Of a stretch of 64,000 nt of DNA, positions 23,190 through 37,060 are shown piece by piece (position 1 is the first letter of the stretch; the number at the start of each line of letters is the position of its first letter). The DNA is from Chrysomallon squamiferum. Lineage: Eukaryota; Animalia; Mollusca. Both the position numbers and the translations under genes were made by a program. The notes beneath the pieces were generated by a model. That model was not told the DNA's origin. It was given only the letters and a program-made list of their open reading frames with translations, and did no database searches. Location of the stretch: contig CM022665.1 of the NCBI GenBank assembly GCA_012295275.1, forward strand, positions 28,892,001 through 28,956,000. The letters run 5' to 3'.

Positions 23190-23284
23190 CTAACGTCACA
23201 ATTAATGACGTAACACAATTATATTTATATAACGTTTCCCGGTTGTCTTTAAGACTGGTAGCTATTGGCAGCCGCAGTAAGAAA
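23190..23284 (+). promoter_or_regulatory. Candidate promoter and non-coding first exon of SLBP copy 2
   Basis: Same motifs at offset +6900; donors GTAAGA at 23277 or GTAAGT at 23285. Confidence 0.4.
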
Positions 23285-24368
23285 GTAAGTATAATATTAC
23301 TACATATTCTGTGGGGTTTTATTCTTCTTTTCTTTTCTAATTTTGTTTTCCTTTTCTTTTTTTTCTGACACCTTAGCATACTGACACTCTAGAGCAAACA
23401 ACGTTTTGGGGTTGGGTTTTTTTAGCACTGTGTCCCATACAAAACATGCTTCAACCATCAGATTCGAAAGCTGCTTAATTTCTGCATTCATTTTGTTAAA
23501 ATGTAAATGAATACTGATGACAAAACAAAATAACAGTGGTCCGGGTTTGACGTAGTCAAACACTGGTAACTGAAAAAGAATTAAAGTAGATTTTCGTGTT
23601 AATAGGTAAGATTAAAACTCAAAGGTTCCGCTTTTACAAAATAATAAAAACATTACCATCATTCCATAATATAATCAATGTTATTTCATAGTGCCAGATA
23701 ATTCTTTGAGCTTTCCGGCACATTTTATTTAATAATTTTATTTCCATTGACATAAAATAAATAAAAACCTGAGAACCTAAATTTACAAATAATTATGGCG
23801 TAAAGCCTCAATGTGATTAATGACTGCCATCTCCATTGCTACCAGCTGCTGATACAACAATAACAACAACAACAACAACAACTGCTACTACTACTACTAG
23901 TACTACTATAACAATAACGAATAAAAATATGTTTATACTATCAATAAATTCCGCATAAAGGGGCATAATACAGTATAACAAATGTCGTTCACCAAACTCT
24001 AATTCGGAGTTGCTGCCCTTTAATTGTAGTTTCAGATTGTTTATTTATTTTTCTTCGTTGCGGCGTTTCATCTGACATTTTAGAAATATGCGTCAAAGAC
24101 AGGAAATATTTAACTTTTTGTTTGTTTGCTTCTTCGTTAGCAATTGTTTTGTTTTATTTCATTATCGTGTTATTATTAGCAATCTTTCGCAAGTAATAAT
24201 AATACGCTGTGTAAGAAGTTAATGTAAAGAAAACAAAATACAGTTCCGACAGTCATATAAATATTACAAATAAATACTCAGACATGTAAATGGATAAATA
24301 AATAAATTCATGAAAACGTCTTTTTGAAAACATTATTTTCTTTTTCTATTCTATTTTTACTTTTCCAG

Positions 24369-24388
24369 ATCGATAGTTCTTCGTAAAC
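24369..24388 (+). other. Candidate 20-nt 5'UTR micro-exon of SLBP copy 2
   Basis: Identical exon and splice sites to 17615-17634. Confidence 0.5.
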
Positions 24389-24907
24389 GTAAGTCATATA
24401 TTAAACTGTGATAACAAAAACCACAAAAAACTTATTGATTGCTGTCAACATTTTACGTCAACAGAATATCGATGCAGTTTGACAGGGTTCATTTATATAT
24501 ATTTATATACTTGTTATAGAAAACCGTAATGTCTGTCTTTAATAATTAATACAAAAAGGAAAATGTTTTATTTAAACGTTAGAATTAGTTATTTTTATAT
24601 CTGTTTCTTTCTTATTTATTTTAAAGTTTACAGATCAAAGTACAGATAAATTCTCTGATGCATAAATAATATGCAGCGCTATATATATAAATATTTGAAA
24701 TAGTCATAAAATTCAAAGCCATGATATATGTATGTGCTATTTAACAATAAAATATTGTTGACACTCTATCAACACGTGAAACGAAATAGTTTTAAATGTT
24801 GCGAAGGTTATTCAAAAATTCTGTATTATACAATAAGGCTGTAATTGATTGTTATGTAAATGGAGCGGGTAATATTCGATCAAAAAGTACAGAAAATGTT
24901 GGTCTCA

Positions 24908-25021
24908 CATCACTGTAATAGAAACATGTACAGAAAGTGGGGTTTATATCACTGTTATAGAAGCATGTACAGTAAATAGGGGTTCATATCACTGTAATAT
25001 AAACATGTCCAGTAAGTGGGG
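24908..25021 (+). repeat. Three diverged seed copies of the 40-bp minisatellite
   Basis: ATCACTGT.ATA.AA.CATGT.CAG.AA.T.GGG three times, with more degenerate units from ~24885 to ~25122. Confidence 0.85.
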
Positions 25022-25545
25022 ATGTCCAATCACTGAGTTACAATATGGAGTTGTTAGATCAAATGTACAGAAAAGGGAGATGTTAGATCACTATTATTAA
25101 CTGTTTCAGAAAGTGTGGGTGTTAAACTTATTAAAAACTGACATTAACGTTTATTTGAATTTAAAATAATAATGTTCGCCATGGAATATATAAATATCTG
25201 ATGTGGCATGGAGAGGATGGAGGTCAAACATACATACAGGGGTAGTTTAAAACATCCTAGATTTGATGTTCTGTACAAAGTAGATATCTTCTAAGATTTG
25301 TGCAGTTATGCAAACAAACCTTATTTAATATTTTAGCGAAAGAAAAAAAGCATCTGTTCGATTTCAGAACTAATCGTTCTAATCTGACGTAGAACAGTTT
25401 AAAAATAATCTAAAATGAGACGTTTTCATTTCTACTCATTGATATTTAATGTTTCCAATATACCAAAGTTCAGCAAATCACATTAGTGTAGAATCATTTG
25501 TGTATCTAGACTCTGATTTTTTGGTATTGTGTACTTTATTTGTTG

Positions 25546-25581
<36 letters not shown>

Positions 25582-25926
25582 CAAAAAGAACATAATAAAT
25601 TAGATTAAAAAAAAAAAAAAAAAAAAACGATAGGGTGAGTCTGAAAGTCAAATGAAAATAGTGTATGATGTAGAAAGAAACGGACACCGACATATAAAGT
25701 CAGACATACATGCATACATACACACACATATAGATAGATAGACAGATGGATGAATGGAGAAAAAGAAGGATGGAAGGGTAAATACACAACAACAACATAT
25801 ATATTAAAATGTAAGTATATATGTATAACAAAATTAAAAATGAATATACATGTTATGCAGCAACAATAACAAAAACAAACAACAAACAACAACAGAAACA
25901 ACAATAACGACCCCAACAGCAACAGA

Positions 25927-25983
<57 letters not shown>

Positions 25984-26660
25984 TGTAATAATAAATAAAG
26001 AAATTAAACAACCAAATAAAAATGAAAATAAAAATAAAATAAAATAAACAAAATCATCATCTGACACAACCAGTACGTAATTAAAAATAGTTAATAATGG
26101 GTGATGTGGTATCTTAACATGTATAAAATATTTATGCTGCTAGATGTGGGTAATAAAAATACATTATGCATTACGATATATTGTGTTCAGGTCCATATAA
26201 CACCTGTTGTATCAGTCACTACAGTCTGATTTCTTTTTATTTATTGATTTAGTATTTTATTCAGTACCCGTTTTGCTTATTATATTACAAAACTATTAAT
26301 AAAACTTAAAGTTAAAATTAAAATATAAATATTGCATATATATAAATTAATAAAATAGAATAAAATAAATTAAAAGTTCCAGTAAATTTTTAAAGATAAG
26401 AAGTAATAATAAACAATACTAATAATGCTAATGGTGGTAGTAGTAGTTATAGTAATTATAATAATAATAGTAGCTGTAGTAGTAGTCGTAGTAGCAGTAG
26501 TAAAAGGGAAAACCTCTGTTGATCCGTTGAATGAAAGAGTACTTGGACACACAATTAATGATTAGAAAGTGATGTGTTTTAAACAAATAAAATGACTGAT
26601 AAATGCACACTAAGAACTATAAACTATCGACATCAACGTTATATTAATTCTCCAGATAAA

Positions 26661-27584
26661 ATGTATGCTGATTCTGATCAAGAAAAGAACAGTACGACTG
26701 GACACCTAAGTCCATCAGGAAGTCCAACCAGAGCTGGGAAGAGAAAATGTTGGAGAACTGAACCAAATAGCAGTGAGGGAAATTTTAAGAAGCCATTAGA
26801 ACCAGCCATGTCCTCCTTGTTTGATGAAATGGAGTTTCCACCCCTTACATCATCACGCACGAGAACATCTAAACCACAACGACCTAAGTTTGAACATTGT
26901 GAATCATGGGCAGACAGGAGTGAGAGAGAAACCATCAGGTTAGAGGAAGAAAGTCAACAGCTGCAAAGATATCGAAAGCAGCTTCAACTAAACTCAAGGA
27001 TTATCAGGCCAGGACTGGAGATCGAAACAGATGAAAATGTACTCATGAGAAAACAGAAACAGCTGGACTATGGTAAAAATACTCTGGGTTATGACCGCTA
27101 TCTCAGCCTTGTTCCAAAAAATAAGAGACAAAAAGATCAGCCCAGAACACCAGACAAGTACATAAAGACAAGTCGTCGGGCTTGGGATGCACAGATACGA
27201 GAATGGAGACGACAGCTTCATGACTGGGACCCACCAGAAGCACCCAACAGAAAACACAGTAACAGCACAGACGTATCAGCTTCATGCTCTTCACAAGGAT
27301 CACTGGAGACTGGTTTAGAGAATGAACTGCACAGTGCAAGTGATTTTGCCCCAGACACCTGCTCTGAGAACTCAGCAACACGTTCCACATCTCCTTTCCG
27401 CTGCACCTTATCTCCCATCCTCAGTGAAAACTTCGCTGTGCTGAGTACAAAAAACGAATGTGACAGTCATTTGGCCAGTGGCAGTTCCTACACGAAAATG
27501 TCATATAGTGCCGATGAGGATGTGGATGAATTCAACTTGGATGAGTGCCTGCAAGATGTTTGTGAAATGGATAACTGGGAATAG
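26661..27584 (+). CDS. SLBP: Histone stem-loop-binding protein (SLBP/HBP), copy 2, intact, intronless CDS, 307 aa
   Basis: SLBP RNA-binding domain [53 protein letters not shown], with upstream SWAD and RYRKQL motifs and an acidic C-tail. Start placed at the ATG after acceptor ctccag|ataaaATG; in-frame ATG 26592 is the alternative. AATAAA at 27755. Confidence 0.92.
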   Translation: MYADSDQEKNSTTGHLSPSGSPTRAGKRKCWRTEPNSSEGNFKKPLEPAMSSLFDEMEFPPLTSSRTRTSKPQRPKFEHCESWADRSERETIRLEEESQQLQRYRKQLQLNSRIIRPGLEIETDENVLMRKQKQLDYGKNTLGYDRYLSLVPKNKRQKDQPRTPDKYIKTSRRAWDAQIREWRRQLHDWDPPEAPNRKHSNSTDVSASCSSQGSLETGLENELHSASDFAPDTCSENSATRSTSPFRCTLSPILSENFAVLSTKNECDSHLASGSSYTKMSYSADEDVDEFNLDECLQDVCEMDNWE

Positions 27585-28120
27585 ATGTTACATGTCTAAT
27601 ATTTAATAATATTGTTTGCGTGTGTGTGTGTGTTGTTTGTTGATTGTACATTTGTTTATCGTGTATATTTGTGAACTAAATACAGTAGAATTCCACAGAT
27701 TTGTTATTGTTGTATACTTTTCTTATTTTCAAAAATATTCTTCAGTGTAAATTGAATAAATATATTCTTGGTGCAAACCAGTTATTTGTAATCTGTGGCC
27801 TTTGAAAGAGAAATATTGTTAGAAATAATTTTATACTTAATTTACTTTAAAATTACTAGTGCTATTTTTAGAGAAAAAAAAAAGATCTACCAAAGATTAT
27901 ACTGATTTAAATAATGTAGGCTGATTTTTGTTTTTTTTGGGGGGTGGATGTTTTGATTGATTTTTTAAGCGACATTTTGCTGCAAATTTTAGATACAAAA
28001 GAATGATGTTATGTTTAATAAAATGCGATTTTGAAACAGTCATTATTCTTTAACATGCATGTTGAAAGAATGTAACTGAATAAAAATTATAAAGCAGAAA
28101 AAATGTTTTATTAAGCAACA

Positions 28121-28122
<2 letters not shown>

Positions 28123-28194
<72 letters not shown>
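28123..28194. repeat. (AG)n microsatellite; similar tracts at 36982-37056, 50170-50248, 58568-58646, 61095-61194, 62975-63061 and 63637-63730
   Basis: Directly visible perfect dinucleotide runs. Confidence 0.95.
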
Positions 28195-28196
<2 letters not shown>

Positions 28197-30654
28197 CTAT
28201 ATAAAGCCTGTTCACGAACAATTAAAACCTAAAAAGTAAATAAAAAGTTTGTCTACGCAAACTCTTCACACTTTTTAAAACACATCGCTTATTTCTGGAA
28301 ACACAATGTAATTATGTTACTGCGTCTGATAACAACAGTGACGATTTTTAGGGTAGCTAGACATAAAATGCAGACACATTAAACTAATATCATTGTCTTT
28401 ATTCCAGCATCTCCGATATTGTTGTTATTTTATTTTAATTATTTATTAGACTAGTAAATTTGTGAACAAAAAAAAAAAAAAATTAAAAAAAATATTGTTC
28501 ATCACTTTTAGACTTTGTAAGAGTATAATTATTATTTTTTTTTTTTTTTAATGTAAATGAAAGAATAATAATAATAAAAATATATAAAAAATTAATATTT
28601 AAATATCGTAAATTTCGAAAAACATATTTTTAAAAAAAGCAAAAGGAAAGAGAGAGAGAAAAGATTGATCAGGAAACAAAAATGGAAAGAAAATTTAACA
28701 AAGCAAAATAAAGAAACAAATATATTGTGATCAGCTTAACAAAACAAATTCTTTATTTTTCTTCATTTCCCATTATTCTTTCGTTCTGTCAGTGTGCACT
28801 ATAACTGCAAATTTAAGTCTTTTGTATGCAGAAATTAACGGCTCGCATTTCACACAATATTTTATCACTTTTCTATTGTACTTTTCGCCATTCCTCACAG
28901 TGTGGTGCGCGCAACGGTTATATTTTTTACGTAAAAACATTCTGTGAAATTTAATGCTTTTTATTGTGTGCTTGTCAGCGTTGTATGCATTACCCCCCCC
29001 CCCTTGAAACTAAGCCATAATAGTCCATGACGTGACGTGGCAACAATGGCGGTCAGCAGATGCCGGCGTAACATCTGTTTTCGTGTTGCCAAACCAAGGT
29101 GCGTAATTGCAAAACTTAAGCTTGTTGCGATTAGGATAAATTGAGTTGGGCAATCCTTTTAAAAAAGCCATTGACCTGAACAAAGATTATATTATATTAT
29201 TCTTTTTTTTCTCTCTTTTTTTTATGGATCGTCCAACGGTGGTCTCAGTTCTGTGCGCCGTCATCATCTCTTTCAGTTCGTGTGACCTTTTTCCTGGGTG
29301 CTCAGATATTTAATGACATCTCCCTGAACCATGTACTTTTTTCTTTCTTTTATTATGCGTAATAAAGAATGATTCGTGACAAAGCATAATTACTGCTCTC
29401 ATATCTTTGATAACAGACAGCGAGTGTAAGGGTGGCGGGTTAAAAACATAAACTTTTGAGAGGAAACAAAATCACGTGCATGGATAATACAATACATGTG
29501 TACAAAAACAAAAACACTCCACCCTCCCCCCCCACAAAAAAAAATCAGTGTTACTTCTCAAAAATATTTCAAGGAAACTTCAGATATTTATTTAAAAGGA
29601 ACAATTTAATATAAATTGTATTAAATACAGTTACAACACTTCATAATTTTGTTTTAAACAGGAACGGATTCAGAATTTTGGATAATGGTGTCTATCCTTG
29701 TTCTTAATTTAAATTTCCAGATATAAACACTGTACAGAAGATTATTATGAATTTTTATTATATACTGGGGTTTTTTCTAGAGAGATACGTTAAATTTATA
29801 ACAACAAATTAATAATAATTAAAAAAACCTCAAGAAACAATCAAAAGCACCAAAAGGCAGAGAACAAAATAAAAACGACTAAATCAGTATCATTTTAACA
29901 CAATGACCGCATGTTATTAGTTAAGTAAATTATTTCTGTCGAAAGATATTTAAATACTGCTAATCCTTGACAATACAGAGTTGATGTAGTTACATATCAA
30001 ATATTGTGACTAGAATTCAAACAGAGTGTTGTCATTTTTGTTCGTTGGTTATTGTTTAAACAACAAAATAATTTAATATATATAAAAAAATAATAATAAA
30101 AAAACAAAAATAAAAAACAAACAACAACAACAATGAAAAAACAAGCATATATTTTAAAATAAGCAACAATTATAACAAATAATGATAAAATAATTCTATA
30201 TTATTATAGACCCTTTCTGTTTGTTTTCTTCGCCCATTGTTCATTTGAAAAAAAAAAGAAAAAAATCTGTCCTGAATTTTGATGGACATCGAGTAAAGAG
30301 CTGCAATTAGCAAGACATGTGTTCTGTCTAAACCACCAAAGACAGAATGTATGTTTTATCTGCAAATCAAAAGAGATGCAGGTGGGTCAGACAAATTGAT
30401 TGATATTTTAGCTCGACAATGTGTGACGGATGTATGATATTCAGACGAAAACATAAATGACCAATTGAATGTCCACATGTACAGTACAAACAACGCCGAC
30501 ACGCGAAAAGTCTCCAGTTGGAAGAACAGAGAAGAGGTCACTCACTGGTCAGCAGTAAATACCTCTCTGGAGTTAAGAACAAGAAAAAAAAAAAAAAAAG
30601 CCATTTTTCATTTGGGTTTTTGTCATTAAATTACAAACAAAAGACACATCATGC

Positions 30655-30885
30655 TTTTTGGCTCCAGTTTCTTGATATACGTTTCGCGCAGATCAAAATT
30701 AATGTTGAGGATCTGCGATTGTCCATTAGTGAAAGCCTTCTTCAGACCATCTGGATTAAGTAGATGCGTGTCAGATGATCGTGTAGTATTAATTACTGTA
30801 CAAAGGACTTTTATATATTTACAATGACCATTAGGAATCTGGACGTTGAAGATTCTCTAAATCTTCTAAATGACAGATGCCATGT
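30655..30885 (-). mobile_element. Possible highly decayed non-LTR (LINE) reverse-transcriptase fragment
   Basis: Minus frame TRSSDTHLLNPDGLKKAFTNGQSQILNINFDLRETY resembles the RT motif RSTxDHL...AF...FDLxKAYD; the upstream SVI.KI.RIFN stretch is broken by stops. Confidence 0.35.
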
Positions 30886-32112
30886 CTACAGTTGTTATGC
30901 AGAAGGCGCGAACTTTGATGTGAACTTGGGGAAATAGCATTAAAAGATTAAACAAAAAGAATAAAGGAAAACTCTTTACACTACGTGTTTCTTTATAGAT
31001 GTACATGTTTATACGCTACTGGTGTTGCACTGTTTATTTTTAATCTGTTCTGTCTTTCTGTCTGTCTGTACGAATGTAATTATGTATGTATCTGTGTGTG
31101 TGTGTGTGTGTAAATGCATGCACGTTTGTATGGTGAATGTGAGTGTGTGTCTCTGTTTCTGTGTGTCTGTATATGTTTATGTAAGTATGTTTGTATGTAT
31201 GAAAATATGTACATACGTATCACCTGGATAGATGCAAACTGTAATATAAAAATTGTTTTCGTTGCACATTAAGTATGTAATGGCGTGGCTGGCGACACTT
31301 CGTCTTACAAATAATGACGGCGGATCTTATAAAAGATATATTGAATAGTGAATATTTTATTTATGGTGAATCTCGGTAAATTGTCTTGTTTTCAACCTTC
31401 ACTACATTAAGAGTTTATAACTGTTTGCGTGTGAGAAACTCAAAAGACCAAAATCACTTATGATGCTACACTATCGGCAAAGACTGATCATTTAAAAATA
31501 ATAATTTTGAACTACACAAAATGCATTTAGTCCATCTAATCATAGCATCAAAGATATATATATATATAGATATAAATTTTAAAGTGAATATATTAATTTA
31601 TTCAAATGATTTCTTAGCACTGAAAATGTCGGAGGAATGATATTTGATATTTGTTATCGCAGTGAGATGCACATTAATGTACTTTGTCCCTGTCCAGCAC
31701 ACTGAATGGTTTCCATGCAGCGAATAGTGTATTGTTTTCAGTTAGACACAACAGCTGTTTAATCCAGTTACTGACTATCAGTAAGAGATGAGGTAAATCG
31801 TCAACACTGAAATGTTAGTCATACTTCAGCTATGAGTAATTTAAACTGTGTGCATTTCTGGAATATAAAGCGAAACACTGAGAAGTACAACGATTAACAT
31901 GAGCATAAACGTTTCGTTAAAAGGTGTGTTATGATTTATGAAATAAAATGAAATAAAAAGAAATCAGAAAATAAATAAATGTTTCAAAAGTAAATGCAAT
32001 AGAATGAATGAAAAAAAAATTGTTTTTGGTTTTAACTAGTGATAATGAAAGGCCATGTAAAAAAGTGAAAAACAAATTCTAAAAAAATAAAAATAAAATA
32101 AAATAAATACAT

Positions 32113-32170
<58 letters not shown>

Positions 32171-35100
32171 GGATTAATAATAATAGTAATAAATTTTAAA
32201 AATGAGAGAGAAAAAGACAAAAAATAATAAATAAAAAATAAAAATAAAAAACGTTTAGAAAGAAATGAACAGGAAACAGGCAATACGAGCATCTGATGAA
32301 ACAAGTAATAAACAAGAATTTTTAAACTAAAACTAAATGAAGCGGCTATTGTTTGGATATTTTTGGAAGAATTTTAAATAAGTTCATTAAAATTATATGC
32401 ATCTATAATTCATGATTATATAAATAAACCTACAATAATATAAAACAAATATTAAATACACTGAAATATTGATCTTAATATTTCACTAAGTCAGAATTGA
32501 TTTTCGTGCTTTTTCAGAAACAAAACACCCACTTGAATCGTATTTTTTTTTAAATTCATTTTTTTTTCTTTTCCGTTAATGTATTTTCGTTACCTGTAGC
32601 CACAGGTGTGCGTGGTAAATGCAGAGCAAACACGAATTAACAATTATATTTTTTTAATCACAATGCTTGGGGAACAGTGTTCAAATATAGGGCTTAACAG
32701 GAAGGTGGAGGTAAAGTGGGGGGCACCTTGGGTCACCGTCAGGACACGGGTCACTCTCGTGGCTTGAAACACTTTACAACGCCCACAGTTTCCTTAATTA
32801 CTGACAGCTTTGTCAGATTTCAAATAATTGTTTGTTCTATTGTTTTGTGAGTGGAGAAAAGGAGGAAGGCGGAGAGGGGGAGATAGAGAGAAAGACCGAG
32901 AGAGAGAGAGAGAGAGGAGAGATAGACAGAGTGGGGAAAAGAGATATAAAAAGAGATGAAAATCAAATATTTTTCAGTACCATTTTTTAAATTTAAATAC
33001 CTAGGTGAAAAATATTTTGTATTAAAATCGTTTTAACGTTCACGCCTTAATCTAGGTATTTCATTTCAGCTGTTTTATCTTTTTTTTCTGGGTAGTGCAT
33101 TTCATTTCTAGTATCGTTAACAACCTGGCACATAGCTTGAAGGAGGCAAAAAGAAAATGGAAATGAGAAATGTAAATAGGCTGTAATGGAATAATTCCAG
33201 CCTGCATTCCACAGATAAAACATAACGTTTGATCTGTCCAGCAGGCCTCCATTCGAATCTGCACGCATTAGCATGACGTCTGATAAAAGACCATTGGGTG
33301 TCTTCGATTGTGCTGCATCGAGTATGTTCTTCAGTACACATTATATTTAACACAAGCATTAGTTTATCACCGACCTGCTGTTTTCAAGTACTGACGGAAA
33401 GTTAATATGGAAACCAGATATTTCAGAATTAGTGACGTGTAATGTATTTAGATTTTTTACACATTAAATATACTTTTGACAATTTGGTTTTGAATACTAA
33501 TATTCAGAGACGGTTTTAAAGTTCTTCCGTTAAACGTAACACTAATTGTATTCAACGTAATCTCTCTGTCGAACAGAAAACATCTGTAGTGAGCAGAAAG
33601 TTACGATAAACTGGTTAAATATAGCTGTAAATATATCAGCAGTGTATTACATTTCCAGATATTTCAGAATTATTGATATATAATATAGTTAGATTTTCAC
33701 ACATTAGTCTAGAAACAGACTGTCGTTGCTACGGTTACTGCTGCTACTACTACTACTACTGTTACTGTTTCTACTTCACTGTTGCTTCTACGACTAAAAC
33801 AACTACATGTATTACCTTAATTCTCTGGCTACTATAATACCGTGTTACTAGACTACTATCAAATTTTATCTATACTTGCTATTTTAAATTTTGTTTTTTT
33901 TTTTTGTGGTTGAATTCAGTAGAAAGTCATGTGTAGCGAAACAAAGGGAAAACACATTATTGTATTTCTAATCCTAATAAAATTTAACTACTTTTATCCA
34001 CCCCGAACTCCCGTGGCTAAAACGACACATTTACTGAATTAGCTTCAAAGAGGACAACTTGAGCGGCTAATTAAGGAAGTGGTCAAGAGATCAACAATAA
34101 AATATTGTCATAAAAATATAATGTGCCTTTTATAGGAATCGTTATTTTTCGACTTCATTTCACTGGTCTGAAAAAAAGCAAAACGCTTGTATAAAGGTTG
34201 ATTAGTGTGCTCCGGTGGAGCAGAGAATGCCCCCGAATTTTTCTCATTTAATCTTCTGGAAGTCAGCAAGGTCAAACTTGGCATGAATGGCACTTTTTCT
34301 CTTTTTTTAAAGAGAAAGAGAGAGAAAAAAAGAAATGTTTGAACTTTTGATCGGTTCTGGCACTGATTCTTAGAAGTTCCGAAAGTATTATCCAAAGTCA
34401 CGTGACTGCTGACCGTGCAGGTGCCCTTGCCAAGATGACCGCACATTAAAGGAACCAAACAGCGTCGCTCTTGCTGAAATAATGGAAAGGGAGATAATTA
34501 AGATCTGCGTGTTGAAGTGTGCCTGGCAGGACACTGGGTACGCACGCTTGCTGCGCGGCACTTCTCACAGCTGTCTGGTATCCCCTGCATTGATTGGACC
34601 CACTTTTAGTCTCCTAATAATACAAAACATTTATTATTATTATTTTCAACGCCAATGGCAAACCATTTTAATCCAAGGCGCTGTCCAATGCAATTTTTCA
34701 AAGAATGTATAGCATCTTTATATTTGTCTGGCAAAAAATTGTCCGCACATAATTATAATAATAAGGACAGATGTCCAAGTTCTTAATTGGATTAGCGGGG
34801 GTTACAATAGCGATGATGTATAAACCTTACCACCGCTGGCCCTGATTTACATATTCTTTTATTTTTTTTTTTTGTTAGTGCGGTGTTCTGTAATAGAAAC
34901 AGTTAAGTATTTCTACCAGATTCTCATTTGAGTGTTATTAACCTTTTCTTGACCACCGCTGGATGTTCTGTCAGTATTCGCCAAGTGCCAGTCAATTGTA
35001 TTCATCGTCATCGTTTGTCCACGCTTTTCCCTTTATTTGCGGCGTAATCTTGCTACAGATACTGTCTCTTCTAGAGCTCGAGTTAAAAGGGGGAGATCGT

Positions 35101-36979
35101 TTGTTTGTAACAAAAAGCCAGGATTAGAGCATATACAGGCGGCATCGCATCACCTCCGTAAACCCAGTCAATTATTCCTCTTTTCGCTTCAGCGATTCAA
35201 TAGGATCGTCTGTTCTCTTGTTCGGTGTATGGTATTTCAAACCTCCCCCACCCCCAACCCACCCGAAAAAATGAAATACTCAAGTAATTGAAAATTTGCA
35301 TGGGGTAAATATCGGGACTGCAAACAAATAAAATAATGGTCGAGTATTGGCTGGTGTGTTTTCTGAAGCGGAAGGAAGTATATTAATAACAGTCTCTTGT
35401 GATGTGATAAGAGCGGTATTCTATGATTTAATGATGGTTATAATTTCCCTTTTGAGGCTCAGTTCAAGATAACAACTTACTGTGACAATGGTTTTTGACT
35501 TTTTTTTTTTTTTTTTTTTTTTGTTATTATTACTCATACTTTCTTTCTTTCTTTTTTTTTTTTTTTAAATTTAATTTAATTTAATTTTTTTTTAATTTAT
35601 CTATATTTCTTCTTTTTAGTCTTTTTTCTACTGTTTTATATATATTTTAAAATTTCTTCCTTTTTATTCATATTTTCTTTATTTCAGTTGTCTTTTTATT
35701 TCAATTTATCTATGGTTTTATAAAAGATAATTATTTTTTTTTTTATAAGAATAATTTCTTTCAGTAATTTGTAATATTACTTTTATACAATAAATTACGG
35801 TTATTACTGCATTACATTCATAAAAATCCCTTTTTGTATTTGGCATTTCATTTTAACTTACTCTTAATATGGAATTTTAAAAAAAAAAGAAAAAAAAAGA
35901 AAAGAATTTTAACTAAAATTTTAAAAAAGAAGAAAACAAATCTTTGTCATTTAAATTCAAAATGCAATTAATTTTCTATTAAATACCGTCATTAAAATCA
36001 GCTTAACAAACTGCTGACAGTTGCGTCTTGATGTGCATGATACTCTTTTCCTATTGCCGGCTGTCATAAGCCACGGCAGCATACATGGCGTGACTCGACA
36101 CAGCCAAAAAGTTGTTCTTTTGTAGGCAGTGGCGGAGTTTTTATCGTACATTAAGATGATTACTTTAAATGGGTTGTGATCTGCTTTGACTGGCGTCAGT
36201 GTCCGGCATTTTGAATAAGGTGTGTCAAGCGTAGGTAATTAACGTAGCAAGCGAAGCGAACATTGTTACGCTCCTAATAATGCGGAGACCCAGTGCTCAC
36301 GCTTCGGTGCTTTGTGAAAAATGGTGAAATGGACGAAAATATAGATTACAATGTCTGGCTCTAGCTCGTTTTTTCTTTCTCTCTCAGTTCAATTGGAAAT
36401 GGTCACTGCGACTGCTTCATTGTGTTTTAATTTGCAACGCCATGTTGAGAGAAAAACTAACAGAATCTGTCGACTTGGGATTTTTCTTTGTATCGGTCGC
36501 AACGTGTTCTGCTCAAATTAATCCAGTCTTTCAAAGGGTATAAATAACCGTGTAAATAATAACGTCTTTGTCCCGATTTATACAACTGTCGTATTCTTAT
36601 CTAAGCAACTAAATAACACTGGTGACTAGTATCATGTTAAAAAATACGTCTTGTCCAGAATGTTGCTGCTGTGGGTTAAGGAAGTATCGTAAATAATTTA
36701 GTGAGCAGGAAAGCTGTGGAATGTTGTTAGTTTGTAGCGCCTTACGTTATCAGTGACCATCAGAAGTTTTGACATACGATATCTAAGACTTGGAATAGAA
36801 AGAGAGGCAGCCACCCCCGCATGGTTTGATCTGACTAATAAGCTGTAAACGATACCATACTGAAAAATACAAATCACACCTAGTTTAACTGTGATCCATT
36901 TTTTATTATTATTATTTTTTTTTAAAGGTGAAATGCATGCGTATACTTAAATAAATATATGCATAAAGATGCAAATATA

Positions 36980-37060
<81 letters not shown>

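Larger units (their letters stand above)
21435..27925 (+). repeat. Tandem duplication unit 2 (carries intact SLBP)
   Basis: Colinear with unit 1, with unit-specific segments at ~21660-22060, ~22925-23165 and ~24800-26040. Confidence 0.88.

Noticed and set aside
26592-26660. N-terminal extension MTDKCTLR... of SLBP (also 19987-20055)
   Set aside because: AT-rich, intron-like and ending in a good acceptor, so the ATG at 26661 is preferred. Not fully excluded.
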